Positions 35,601 through 48,709 of a DNA stretch of 64,000 bases are shown here, one piece after another. A program made the position numbers and the translations under genes. The notes below the pieces were generated by a model that did no database searches, was not told where the DNA came from, and saw nothing but the letters and a program-made list of their open reading frames with translations. Source of the DNA: Klebsormidium nitens (Eukaryota; Plantae; Klebsormidiophyceae); contig DF237165.1 of assembly GCA_000708835.1 (NCBI GenBank), positions 73,573 to 137,572 of the forward strand, in the 5' to 3' direction. Position 1 is the first letter of the stretch, and every line of letters begins with the position of its first letter.

Positions 35601-38600
35601 AGAATCAGTCCCAAGCGGTGCCATAGCAGAAGGCATCCTCAGTACCGCTTCTACTCCGCGGTCGGGGCACAGCGCGGCCTCGACACCAAAGTCTCGAGGC
35701 GCGATTCGGAGCATTGCTGACATCCGGTTCGGGCCACACCCGACTGCCACAGAGGGGACCCCGGACGATGGTCCCAGTCTAACTCCGAGGGCATTGAAAG
35801 CTTTTGAGGAAGGAAAGTCGCTGGTCGAGGTTGTTGAGGAGGAAACAAGCGCAGTGAAGGAGGATTCGACGCTGGGTGCGGACAGCTTAGGACCGTCGGA
35901 CAGTGCGCCAGTATCTGAAGCGCTTGCGGCGGCAGGGGCAGGGATTGCAGCCGGGTTCGACGCGGCAGTCACGGCCGTAGGGGAGGCCGTTTCCACTGCA
36001 CCCGTGGTAGCGGGAGTCCCAGAAGCTGGCGCTGCCCCGATTGTTCCGACCCTGTCCGAATCTGTCCCGGACGACACGAGCGGGAGCGACGCTGTTTCGG
36101 GAGCACCCCCACTGCCCCCACCCGTCCGGGTCCGGGCTGAGCCTTCGGACGCGTCAGCGGGAACGTCCGGAACAGTGGTCGCAAGCCAGCCAAGTGCGGC
36201 TGCAGAGAGTCTGACGGCTCCGTTGGAGAACGGCGATAGTGCGCAGAAGCAGCCCGCTCCGGCGGCATCAGTGCAGGCGAGCCCGTACGGTCTGCCGTGC
36301 CTGGTTGAGGTGTTCCGGTTCCTTTGCACGCTCATTGTGCCGGAGGACGGGGCGGACAAGGCCCAACAGCACGACTCTGAGGTGAGCCTGTCGATCTCGG
36401 AACTGTGGGTTTACCTGTGAGAATGAGACTCGAACAGGTACCTTGTGGAAAACTGAGCAGCATAGGAGGAGCGATGGCGCGCTAGACGATAGTGTGTACA
36501 TTGTTGTCACCGTAGATATGGAGAAAGATATGCGGACGGGAGAGAGAACGTTCTCTATGAATTCGTTAAATACGGAAGGGACTTTTTGTAACTTCTTTCT
36601 AAGCGCAACCTCGTCCTTCATGTCTGAAAGCGTCCCTTTGTAGCGAAGTATCTGCCGAAGCACGGGTGACCCTTGGTACATTGTACTTTCTCTTAAGAGT
36701 TACCCATCTTCCAGCACTATGAGCTGCTGCCGATATGTTGGATAGTTCTTCTGCATCAGTGGTTTACGGGCACAACCGTGCTGCTCATGAAAGCAAGTAG
36801 TCTCAAGGTTTTGTTTATCATGACCTTGTCGACGCATTGTCCGTTGGCAAGAACGACCTGTTAATCCATTGCTCGTCTGATCTAGCAGGACTTGAGCATA
36901 TTTGGCCTCGCACTGCTGAGCGCCGCCATCGAGGTCGCGGGGGGCTCCTTCGAGAAGCACCCGCGCATCCTGGCCCTGGTTACGGACGACCTGTTCCGGA
37001 ACCTGATGCAGACGGGGCAGTCGAGCAACCTGCTCGTGCTGTCGCTAGTGTCGGGCATCGTATTGGCGCTCTACCAGCACCTCAAGCATCACCTTAAGCT
37101 GCAAATGGCAGCCTTCTTCGAGTTCGTCGTACTTCGAGCTGCGCAGGTACGTCGAGACGAACTCACTGCAAATTGACCACTGATTTCCCTTCGCATCTCT
37201 GTCCCGAGGAGAGTCCCTTCTTTTGAGCACATTCGGGTCGCCTTTTGCGAACCCTCACTTGAAGAGTGGTGGATATCTCAAGTTGCTCTGCAAGTCTTGG
37301 TGCTGAAGGCTTCCCTCCCAAATCTCCGTGCAGGGCAAATTTTACGGCGCCACATACGAGCAGCAGGAGGCTGCGCTTGAGATCTTGCAGGACTTCTGCC
37401 GGCAGCCGTCCTTCATGGCGGACATGTACGCCAATGCCGACTGTGACATCACCTGCAGCAACACCTTCGGTGAGAGACGCATTCATCTGAGGAGGGAAGG
37501 ATGCGGACTGGTGGTCCTCATGACCTGTAGCAGTTTGAGTGTTTTAGCAATATGTCACTTGCTCTCACTTCTAGTTGCATTTCGTTCACTGCTGGGATTT
37601 GGTTATCTGCTTTTTGAGGCGCTCGGAGGAAGGTCGGAGCTTGACAAGCGTATTACTGAAACGACCTTGAGGGACCGAAGCAACCTCCACGTTTGCTGGA
37701 TGCTAGGGGCTTGATCTGAGAATTGATCCAAAGAACGTGCTCAAACGGAGCTTGAGATTGACTTTCTGTCTTTCTTTTGGCAGAGGACCTGAGCAACCTC
37801 CTGTCTAAGAACGCCTTCCCTGTCAACGCTCCCCTCTCCGCCCTCCACCTGCTGTCCTTGGAAGGGCTGCTGGCAGTTATCCAGTGCATGGCAGACAGGG
37901 CCGATAACGCATCAACGCCTGCAGGTGAGTCCAGATAACTGGATAACTTTTGTAAATTCATGCAATTTTGAAGCTCTGTTGGCCTCCTACGTGACCTTAC
38001 CCTTGGCATGAACGATCTCAAGAAAGAGTTGACAACTTACATGCCGCTCGTAAGCTTGCATAATCTTTGCAATCGATAATGTCATAGAGTATTTTGGCGC
38101 CTTCACTTCTTGGTACGTCTTTCTAATTTATTGTACTTCAATTAAGCTGCTTTATCTCTCGTCAGTGCTCACGCATTACGGTAATCAGAAATCGTAGAGA
38201 AGCTCGTGGGCACCTTGAAACGCCTTTCGATGTGTCCCGTTCAGGCAGCGGCTCTTCTAGCCCCGACTACAATCTGGAGGAGTTCCCACAGTTCTGGAAC
38301 CTCAAGTGTGACAACTGGAACGACCCTACAGTCTGGGTCGACTTTTTGCGGAGAAGAAAGTATGTCAAGCGGCGGCTTATGATTGGGGCAGACCACTTCA
38401 ATCGGGACCCCAAAAAGGTGCGCCGTTATGGTCCGTTTTGAAAGTGCTGCTTTGTGTCTGACAGACGCCTGCAATGCCTTTCTCTGGACGCAAGCTTGAG
38501 GGACTCGGCGGCTTGTATCAAGCTGCTGCTTTGAAGTCCCAAGCACCTTGAGAACTGCCCCGATGGTTGTCAGTGTGTTCCATGTTAGTTCGGGCACTCC

Positions 38601-41600
38601 TTCAGTTGGTCAGCGTCGATCATGTCATGGGAGTTGTACAATGTTCTCGGATGGTGTAAGAACGTAATCTAGTCGCCGCGCCTAGTCTTTCCCTGGCTCT
38701 TGACAATGTCAACGCCTTGTTAGTGCAAGAATGCGTCATCCACGTTATGAAGAGCAGCACTTTGGGAGGTCTGGTAGTGTTGGTAATTCACAAGTCGCCG
38801 GATGGTGTCCACTTTGTTGAGCGGAGTGACGAAAATACGTCCGTGCCTCTTTTGCAGGGACTCGAGTTCCTTCAAGGCGTCCGCCTCCTGCCCGAGAAGC
38901 TAGACCCGGAGAGTGTCGCCTTCTTCTTCCGGATGACACCGGGGCTCAACAAGGTAACGTTTCCGTCGGCTTGTCCATCATTGAGCCAGTCGATGCTCGG
39001 TTTGAAGTGTTCGGCATCCACTAGGGTTTGGGCAGTGCGTCATCATCTACAAAGGTCTTAAGTTTCCATGAATATTGTCTGTCTCTTAAGTCGCGGTCAA
39101 AAGGCTGAGATTTCATGTGGCTTTGCCCGTCAGCAAATGATGACGTTCCTCTTGAATCCTACTTCCCCTCGGCATGCACACCTGTGTAGCAAGCCTGCAG
39201 GTTTATTGCTCGCTGCTGACTGCTAACCCCACCCTTCCGCTTGCAGAACCTGCTGGGCGAATACTTTGGCGAGCCAGACGCATTCAACATCAGCGTCCTG
39301 GAGTGCTTCACGAAGCAGTTCAACTTCACTGGGATGGCCCTCGACGGCGCCCTGCGCACGTACCTGGAGGCGTTCCGGCTGCCTGGGGAGGCGCAGAAGA
39401 TCAGCAGGGTGCTCGAGGCATTTGCGTCTCACTACTACGAGCAGTGCCCGCAGGCAAGTAATCGTACTCCTCCTGTCCTTGGTCTTGTCTAGTTGACTCT
39501 TCGGCTTCTCCAACTTCACTCCTTTGTTCAAGGCAAGGTGGCTTTGAGTTTTGGGGTCTGAAGAACCATTGTTGGCAGAGGTAATGTTTTTGTTAAGAAG
39601 ATTGATGCCTTCTGCTGAATTTGCAGCAGACCATCGTTGGTGGTTGCTAACATGTGTGAAACCCCTTATTAGGTCAATTTGCTTAAACCATTTTCTCCTA
39701 TGTGCAGAACTTCGCCCACAAAGATGCGGCCTACGTGCTCTCGTACTCTGTCATTATGCTCAACACGGATCAGCACAACGGTCAGGTGAGCCAAACTCAA
39801 CTTTCATTCCTCTGGTCAAATACTTTATTCATTAAACTTAGGACATGTTCGTTACTTTGGAGCGCCCTGCTCTTCGAGTGGAGATGAGCCACATCCAGGT
39901 GTGCTGGCGAGTCAAGTTCTCGGATCTGAAGAAGACCTGGAGCCGTGGAAGGAAGAGCACACACTTTTATGCGGCGCAAGAAGAATCCGTCATTCGAGGG
40001 GTCGCTCCCTCGCCCTCCTTGCAATCACTTCAACCTCTTTTTAAACTGTTACTTCGGTTGCTGCTGTGCTCAGGTGAAGCGAAAGATGACCGAGGAGGAG
40101 TTCATCCGCAATAATCGGAAGATCAACGATGGGAAGGACCTGCCCCGGGACATGCTGACGCATCTGTACTACTCCATTGCGAAGAACGGTGAGGAGGCTG
40201 CCGCTCATGATCCCTTTGATATGCTCCGACAAATGTCATCACCTTTTCAAAGCAGGTTCCTGCTTGATGCTTAAGGCACTCGAGATGGACCAGAGTAAGC
40301 GAAGCAGATTGCTGATACTCATCTCACAACGGATCTTGCAGTCGCTTGAGGTCCCAAATCCACGTCGGATCCGGTCGGAAATGCGAATGTAGAACGTCGC
40401 TCCTATTCATCAGACACATTGGGCCAGGAGCTTGCATCTTTCCTGAACCTAACTCTTCCGAGTCCCAATTCTCAAGTGTTGGACACCCCTTAAGCTGCTC
40501 ATTTTCGCCGAATGCAGAGATTCGGATGTCAAGCGAGAGCCTGGCTGCGGAGCCTGGCATGACGTACAGCCGGTGGCTGGACTTGCTGCGGCGCTCCCAG
40601 GCCACGACGCCGTTCCTCTCGTGCGACCCCACCAAGCCGCTGCTCGACCGAGACATGTTCTCCGTCATCTGGGGACCATCCATCGCCGCCATCTCCGTTG
40701 GTGAGGGATTCATCTCGCTGTACTTTAAGTCTCGCCCTAAGATCCCGCAGAGTTGACTAAAGTGAATCCTTTTGAGCTGCATATTTGAATCCGATGAATA
40801 TGTTGGCTGCTGCAACACATTCTCAACGAGTGCAGGCGTATGGATCTCAACAATGACCAGGTTTTGAGATGCATGAGCTCACACTACCTGCATAAAGTGT
40901 CGCCTTTCTGCTGCACCAAATTGTCCTCTTTGCAGTTCTGCAACCTGACTTAAGTCTCTGAAAGTGTTGCTAGGAAGCTGGACAGTGTTGTATGGTCCGA
41001 GTAGGAGCAATGCTTATCAGCAGCCTCGTTTAGGCGCTTCTATTCTGCTCCAAAAGACGGTCCTACCAAGTCCGGAGAACTCGGTGTTTGCTTGATCTGC
41101 ACATCACCTCCCGATTGCAAAAGTTGCTCGGCTGCTCGTGCAGTGTTCGACCACGCGGACGACGCAGACACGCTGCAGCAGTGCATGGCCGGGTTCCTGG
41201 CGGTGGCCAAGATTTCAGCGGCGCATCACATGGAGGACGTTTTTGACAACCTGGTGGTCAGCCTCTGCAAGTTCACGACGCTCATTGGGAACGACAAAGC
41301 TGCGGTCGCGTTTGGAGAGAACACTAAGGTGAGGCTGTAAACCAATGGAGACTGCTTGTGTCAATATCTCTGCATCTGATGAGAAGCTTGTTCAACAAGG
41401 TTGGCTAGTTAAGGGCTGATTATGAATACTCTTGCTCGTCTTTGATTGTAGCCGCCCTGGTTAGAATGCTTTCTTGCTCTCATTTCATCGGTAGATGGTT
41501 GCACCTTGGCTCGCATGTGTCGCCCTTCTCAAGCAGCTTTCCCGAGCCTTCAGTCGAGACCTGGGTCATGTTGCAGTTCTTGTTGCGCTTCGAATGGAGC

Positions 41601-44600
41601 CTCCTTTCCTTCAATCCAAGCATGCGACACAGTCGTATGTGAGCTTCTCACGACTGTCCATTGTTTGCAGGCCCGCATGGCAACCAGTGCTGTCTTCGAG
41701 ATCGCCAACCGGCACGGCGACACCATCCGCAGCGGGTGGCGAAACATCCTTGACTGCGTCATCCGGCTGCACAAGCTGGGCTTGCTGCCGACCCGGCGAG
41801 AGCAGTCACAGAACGGCCAGGGGAGGCCCAGCGACAATCAAGAAGGTCAGCGATTTGCAGCAGCCATGTTTCTTGTCTTACCTTTAGGACCTTTAGGACC
41901 TTTAGCAGCAGCCAGGTTTCCTCGTTTTCCTCCAGGACATCCACTGGCTGGGACGTCATAAGGCTCTAAAGGCCTGGCCTTTGTTTGGTGGCTTTGTCTT
42001 CATGAGGCGAATTTACAGATCTGCTCGTGGGGTATACATATTGCAAAGCCCCCGTGTTCGATACGGCGTGCGTTATTGTTTACCGCAGACTTTCCAAGTC
42101 TTGTTTTCAATCGTCTGATGGGTAGGAGATGCATGACCAGGCACTTCGTCAATCGGGCAGCCCTGCTTGTTTGGAGAGTCGCCAATGTTATCCCGTTGGC
42201 ATCGCTGGGGCGTCGTAGTCTCTGCTTCGAGGTCTTCTTTCATTGATCTGGGGCAGAAGTTCGAGTAATGACTTGAAACTTAACACTGCTCCTCAATTCT
42301 TTCACGAGGGAACCCCATCAAGGAGCTTCGCAAAGGGCAATGCCTCTCTCTTTTCAGCCTTTGAGTTGCTAGAGACGTGCTAGAGACGTAACGTGTCCTT
42401 TGCAAGCCAGTCGTGATCAAGCGACACTTGAAAGGATGCTGAAGCCTTTGCGTTTGTCCTGCAGGGTCTTCTATTCTTGCCAACGCTGCTGCAGCGGCAG
42501 CCGCTGGCACCCAGGCTGGGATGGGACGACGGAAGAGCGCGGGCATCTTTGGCACGTAAGTGAACCGGCCCTGTGTTGCCGCTTGCTGCAAGTGCATACA
42601 TATGCTGCCTCAAGGTTCTGGAAGATGGCGGTCTGAGCTGAAGTACCCGCAGCCCATCAGAACGCCCTTTGCTGGCAGATTCCTTGCTAATGAACGACTT
42701 TCTACTTTTACTTGATGATTTGTCAGCTTGTTACAATCTAACTTGCTCTTTAACCGACACTCAGCAAGACACCATGCTGCAATATGCTACGTTTCTAACC
42801 CTCCCCATCTCCCTCCACAGCGTGAGCCGGCAGTTCCAGAACCTGCTGTCGCTGGACGCGGGCGCGGACGGCGAGCGGTCCACCATCGCAGAGCACCAAC
42901 TGGCGGCGCACCAGCGTACGCTGGCCATGGTGGAGGCGTGCCGCATTGACGACCTGTTCACCGACAGCAAGTTCCTGCATAAGGCCTCCCTGCTGCAGCT
43001 GGTCAAGGCGCTGATCAACGTGTCGGGGAAGCCGCACCAAAAAAATATCTCTACGGAAGAGGAGGACACCGCGCTGTTCTGCCTGGACCTGCTGATCGCG
43101 GTCACGCTGCGGAACCGGGACAGGATACTGCTGCTGTGGTGAGGAGAACGGAAGGGCTCTTCGACGTCAAAGCACCTTTTACCCACGATTCTGGCGGTTG
43201 AGTCCCCAAATTCTGGTCATGAGTTCTCGAATTTGAGCGAGCCTGGGCCTGCTTGAGACCAAGGATATTCTTTCTGAAAGCCCCGGATCCGTAGCGTCCC
43301 AGAACTTGACCTTGGCGATACTGCTTTTTCTCAAAACAGCTTTAGTAGGACGATCGGCGGCCTGAAGCTCGAGGAAGCGTTTAAGCGCAAGTCCTATATT
43401 TGGAGCGTTTTCTCAGATTGTTTTGGTTCTTGCGAAACATACCTTTCAGAAAAGGCTGACAGGACTGACCGGATAGAACGAAGTACCCCTTCTCTTTTAA
43501 TGAAGACGGAGCTTTGGTTTAAGCGTCCGGGAACAGCGTCACATTTGATTCCTAAAGCAGGAACTGGTTTTAGGGTTTTAGGGTTTCGGACTAACGTCTA
43601 ACAGCCAAGAAACAAAATGGGGGAGGCTGCCCCCGCCGTGCCTATATCCATTTGTCCCCTCGAAGCCACCTTTCAAACACAATCGTTTTGATTTTACAGG
43701 CCCGCCGTGCACGAGCACCTGGCTAGCATTGTGGGCTCGGCGCAGTCGCCGAGCCCGCTCGTGGAGAAGGCCGTGCTGGACCTGTTGCGCGTGTGCCAGC
43801 GGCTGCTGCCGTACAAGGAGGACCTGGGCGATGAGCTGCTCAAGAGCCTGCAGCTGGTGCTGCGATTGGATGCGAGAGTGGCGGATGCGTACGCGGAGCG
43901 CATCACGCGTGAGATGCTGCAGCTCGTCAAGAGCAGCGTCACCTACATCAGGTGAAGTTGGTGGTTCGAGTACGGCTAGTCCAGTGGTGTGTTAGTGCGC
44001 CCAGCTTTTCTGCGGCATGAGTTTCTGGTCTCAGTGAAAGCGTGCAAGTATTGAGTGTTTTGTCGGGTTTATTCTGCTTGATCTGGACTGCCGTCCAAGA
44101 ATTCACGAAGCTGTTTAATCCTTTTGTCAAACATGATCCGAACTCCGTTTGCCGCCAGAACATGTGCCAGCTTTTGCGGGCTTGAACCTTATCTTTACAG
44201 AGCGGATCTAATACTGGAGTCTGACAGCGTTGTGGATCATGCAGAATTTCGTCACAATCGCTTTTGAAGCTTAGGGCAATTTGCGAGGCAGCGTTGTCAG
44301 TACCATGTTCACCAAACCTGAAAGTCCATGAAAGAATTGCCGCTCCGATTGCTCTTCCGATAGGTCCCAAACCCTTACCAATTTCGATCTCTCCACGCTT
44401 GCTGACATCAGTGTTAACCATTCGCAGGTCGCCCGTATTGTGGAAGACGGTGTGCTCGCTGCTGGCAGCGACTGCGCGGCACCCCGAGGCGGCGGAACCC
44501 GGCTTTGAGGCGCTAACGTTCATCATGCAAGACGCGAAGCACGTGACGCCCGTCAACTTCATGCCCTGCATGGATGCCGCGCTGGCCTTCGCGGAAGGCA

Positions 44601-47600
44601 GGGTTGGGGGGGTGAGTAGCCGCAGCGAGTGCTTTAGTCTCTGTTCAACGAAGCTGAACCCTCGTCTGCCAGTCAGCACTCAATACTTCGTCCCAATCTT
44701 CGAAGGTGTGCTCCTCCTGCTACCACTTGTCGTCCTGTGGCCTGAGAAAGGATGTAAGCCTGGAGAAAACCAGCAGTTGATTCTTCCCGATCCTGTTTCC
44801 AAATCTTTTTCAGCCCTAACCGCCCATTTTCACCGCAATGCTTCTCCGTGACTTTCAATGAAACGCAATCTGAATATGCAATATCAAGACGGGAGCGCAA
44901 TCCCATTAAATACAGACGGACTGGACGGAAATAATCTTGGTAGAACCTGACCCGCTTCCCTCTTGCAGGTGGAGCGCTCCGTGAAATCCCTCGACCTGCT
45001 GGCGAGCCTCTCAACCAACCTGGGCCACTGGGCGAAGACCCTCAACGCCGGCCAAGCAGACACTGCCACGTCAGCCTCAATCAGCGGCGCCCCCGCCTCA
45101 GACGCTGCGAGGGAGGCCCTGGATCAGGCTGTGTCGGAAGCCGCTTCCACGTCAGCAACTGATGTGCCGCAGTCCCCAAGGCTGACATCAGAGAAAGAGG
45201 CGCTGATTGACCTGTGGCTGAGGCTGTCGGTGGGGCTGGGGAGGATCTGTCTCGACCAACGAGAGGTGCGGATCACAAACCGAAAAGTGCTATTAGTTCT
45301 TTCCGTACTCTCGTTCTTCATCACAGGGTGTAAAAGTAGCGTGCTGCACGGCTTCAAGGAAAGGCTGGTAGCGACCAGTAATTTTCCAAAATTTCTGGCT
45401 GTGTCATGCGATACTGTAGGCGGTTTGGTGGTATCTTCACCATCCTATAGCGAAAAATGTAGTAGCTGCAGGCGCTTGAGAGGTTGATCATTCTTATCTT
45501 GCTTTTTCAAAGTTAAATCTCAGCGGTGAACACAACTAGGATGGCAATGTCGGATTGCGGCTGACGACTGCAACTCAGGACTTCGGTGCTCTGCCTTATG
45601 TGTCTCATTGCATCCAACCCCAGACTTCTCCTTATCTCCCCATCAGCTACTATGACAAAACGTGGGATGATATCGAAGAGGGAGGGTTCTTTCTGCCAAG
45701 AAGTTGAGTCCGGGCAAAGCTGTGCTTCTCTCTCAGAGTTGAACTAATGCTGGAGTTTTGTCCCGACCTGAACGAGAACTTCACGTCGGACCTTAAGCTT
45801 TTGGCTTTTTTATCGCAGGACGTTCGGAACAATGCGCTGGAGTGCTTGCAGCGGAGTCTGTTGCAAGGAGAGGCACTCGATGTTCGATCGGGCAAAGTGT
45901 GGGTCCGCGTTTTCGACCAGGTGAGGAGGAAAGTGCGCTCAGTCGTACATACCGCCGTAGCGGATCCTAAGAGCAAAGCGATAAAACGACTGGGTCCAGA
46001 TGTCACCCTGACATTGAAAGTATCCGTGCATTCATTGTAGACCTAGCGGTAGAATCCATTCATCTGTTGTACAAAAGCCGATTGTTTGTGGCGTTCTCTC
46101 TACTGGAGGCTGCTCGAGCTCAAAGCCCTCCCCTGATTCGCAGCGTCCTTTCATTTCCTTCATCCCATCTCGCTTTTATAAGGGGTGAACGTTTTGGCCA
46201 GCAAGCGTCCAAGACCTTTCGGTTTCGTGTCAGACCTCAAACAACTTCCTCACTCCGAATCAGCTTTCAGTAATATTCCAATCTTGACATCTAGCTGACA
46301 TCTTTACTTGTCTCCAGATCGTGTTCCCCACCCTGGACGAGTTGCTGGACCTGGCCCACAAGGCCTCCGCCAAGTCGTACCGCGGCATGGAGGGCACCCT
46401 GCGGCGGGCCATGGTCCTCCTCTCCCGGGTCTACCTGCAGTTCCTCACGCAGGTCAGTCAAGCCTCCCTGCTCAGCTGCTTTGAAACTGCAGAATGATTG
46501 TCCTTTTCTGATCGGAGTTGAATGTACGTTAAGTGATGTACGAACCTTTTTGATAGATTGTCCGACATGTCAAGTTTCGTTTTTCCTTGCCCAAAATCCG
46601 CCTTTTGCTTTGGAGAGCCCGTGCATTCCAGCATTGAATACGCGACCACAAGTCGTTCTACAGCTGAATGGTGGCCGAATTACGACAATGCTCAGGCCAC
46701 TAAATCCAAACTTCTGCTGACTGGTGCGATCCTGGGCTGCCAGCTGGCGTCCAACCCCGGTTTTGCAAACCTATGGGTGGCGGTGCTAAACCGTGCGGAG
46801 GGTTATCTGAAGAGCAGTGCACCACGGTCGGCGGGTATCTCTATGGCGGAGAACATCCCGGAGTTGCTCAAGAACATGCTGCTGGTGAGCGCTGCGCCAT
46901 GCTCGACAACCATTTTTTGCCGACGTCAATTCTATTGCTTGGACGAACGGGCAATGTTCAGGACGATTTCCGCTCTTGTTTCGAAGATCTATCATCTACT
47001 GCAGTGTAAACTTAAAGAGCTCACTCTGGCGGATTGCGGCAGCCTAGTCGGATATTTGGACAGAGGGGCCAACGCGCGAGCTGATCTTGTTGACGTACAT
47101 CATAGTCCCTCGTTGCAGCAGATCGAGGTTTCAGCCCAAAACCTGAGCGTTCTAACCTGATTGCGTGGCGCAACGAGCATGAGCATCGCATTTTCTCCTC
47201 ACCAGATAATGGCTACCGTTGAAGAGATGCTAAGCTGCTTCGAACTTCCACAGATTCTCTGGGTGATCACCGTTGTTGGTAAAGTGACCTTAATACGTTT
47301 GTGTCGTTGTCTCCCCAGGTCATGAATGCCCGCTCTATTCTCGTTCCGGAGGTCGCGCCCCCAGCCGAAGGGGAAGCCCCTACTCTATGGAGCCTCACGT
47401 GGCAGCACCCTATCTTCCGCTCCCTCGACCCGCACTTCCGGGAGGACCTTTTCCCGCCCCCAAAAGCTGCGCCTAGTCAACCTGCCCCGGCAGTCGAACA
47501 AGCTGGCGCTGAAGAAAAGCAACCGGAGGGAGTCTCGACAGGGCCAGTTGCGGAGGCAGCGGAAGCCGTGGGAGAAAAAGCGGCCGATGCGTCCGTTGCA

Positions 47601-47753
47601 GAAGAGTCGAAGGTGCTTGTGGAAGGCAGCCCTGTTGAGGGTAGCAAGGATGTAGCGGAGGAGGGAACCAAGCCGGAAGACGTGGATGTTGCCGAGGGGT
47701 ATGAGAAGGTGGAGAAAGAAATGGTCGAACCCATTAAGACGAATGTCACATAG
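32612..47753 (+). CDS. GNOM: Full-length GNOM/GBF1-type large ARF guanine-nucleotide exchange factor (DCB-HUS-Sec7-HDS1-3), ~1732 aa, 26 exons
   Basis: Exons: 32612-32755, 33810-33882, 34078-34209, 34453-34571, 35021-35184, 35517-36381, 36889-37146, 37334-37469, 37784-37924, 38245-38417, 38858-38953, 39247-39453, 39708-39785, 40074-40188, 40518-40700, 41144-41328, 41671-41845, 42465-42555, 42821-43138, 43700-43951, 44428-44611, 44969-45265, 45819-45920, 46318-46452, 46744-46884, 47319-47753 (5199 nt). GNOM-like motifs [116 protein letters not shown]. Confidence 0.95.
43568..43583 (+). repeat. Short interstitial telomere-like repeat (TTTTAGGG)2 in GNOM intron 19
   Basis: Sequence reads GGTTTTAGGGTTTTAGGGTTTC; two perfect units. 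Confidence 0.5.
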
Positions 47754-48709
47754 GCTGTTCATTTGTATACATAAGCACGTATTTGCACGGAATCTTGTCA
47801 AACCGACATTGATCCTGCCAAATATGCACATTGAGGTCCGCCCTGCTGCGGCCACTGAAATGTTGAGGGTTGGACATAAGATCTTCGGTTACTTTGTGAG
47901 TGGGCGGCTATTGAAAGGCGGGGTGCTAAATGCACGATATATCTGTTTGTCGAACCTTCATGAACATTGCCGCGCATGCGGGGTGTAGCAGCCGCTCTAG
48001 TGCTCGCCAGATCCTATCGTTATCCCCCATAAAACATCCTTGTATATGGACGGTAAGGAAGCTAGCGCGCGAAAAGAAATAACGTGCTGGCAACATACGT
48101 GCCATTAAGTTTATGACCTCTCATGCAAGGATTCGAATGCAGAGTTGTTTTCCGCGACTTGAGCTTTTCAAATACGGGCGTGCATGCGCCACCTCGCCAC
48201 ATTCTGTACGCCCAGCGCTCGACTTCCATCTTAATCTCCGTAACTAGAGGCCTCAGGTGAACCCGGCCGCCCCGTCACATTCAGCTTAGCTCAGCATCCG
48301 GCGGTTGAGATAATAGACACCGAGAACGCCGCGCGCGATTGGCAGAACATGACACTCAGTACGCCTAAACGGTGCTTCAACATGCCTTCAACGTCTACTC
48401 ATGATCTGCTTGTGTTAGAGTCCTCGACAATCAAGACTTTCGACACAAGCCGGAATTAGGCCGGAGGGTATCAGCCCGGGTTGGGTATCCTTCCGATCTT
48501 GTCCGTCTATTTGTGGCCAGACACCATTCATATGTCGTCCAGCCTAGAGCCAAAATCGCAGTACAGCCGCATGCTGTAACCCTTGGGTCTCCCTACTTTT
48601 TCAGCAAGTAAGACTACATCTTACACGTTTGGATTAGAAGAAGACTTGTGTCCGCACATGGCGGCCAAAAGGCTCGCCATTGGGGTTGTCAACTATCGCA
48701 GGATGAAGA

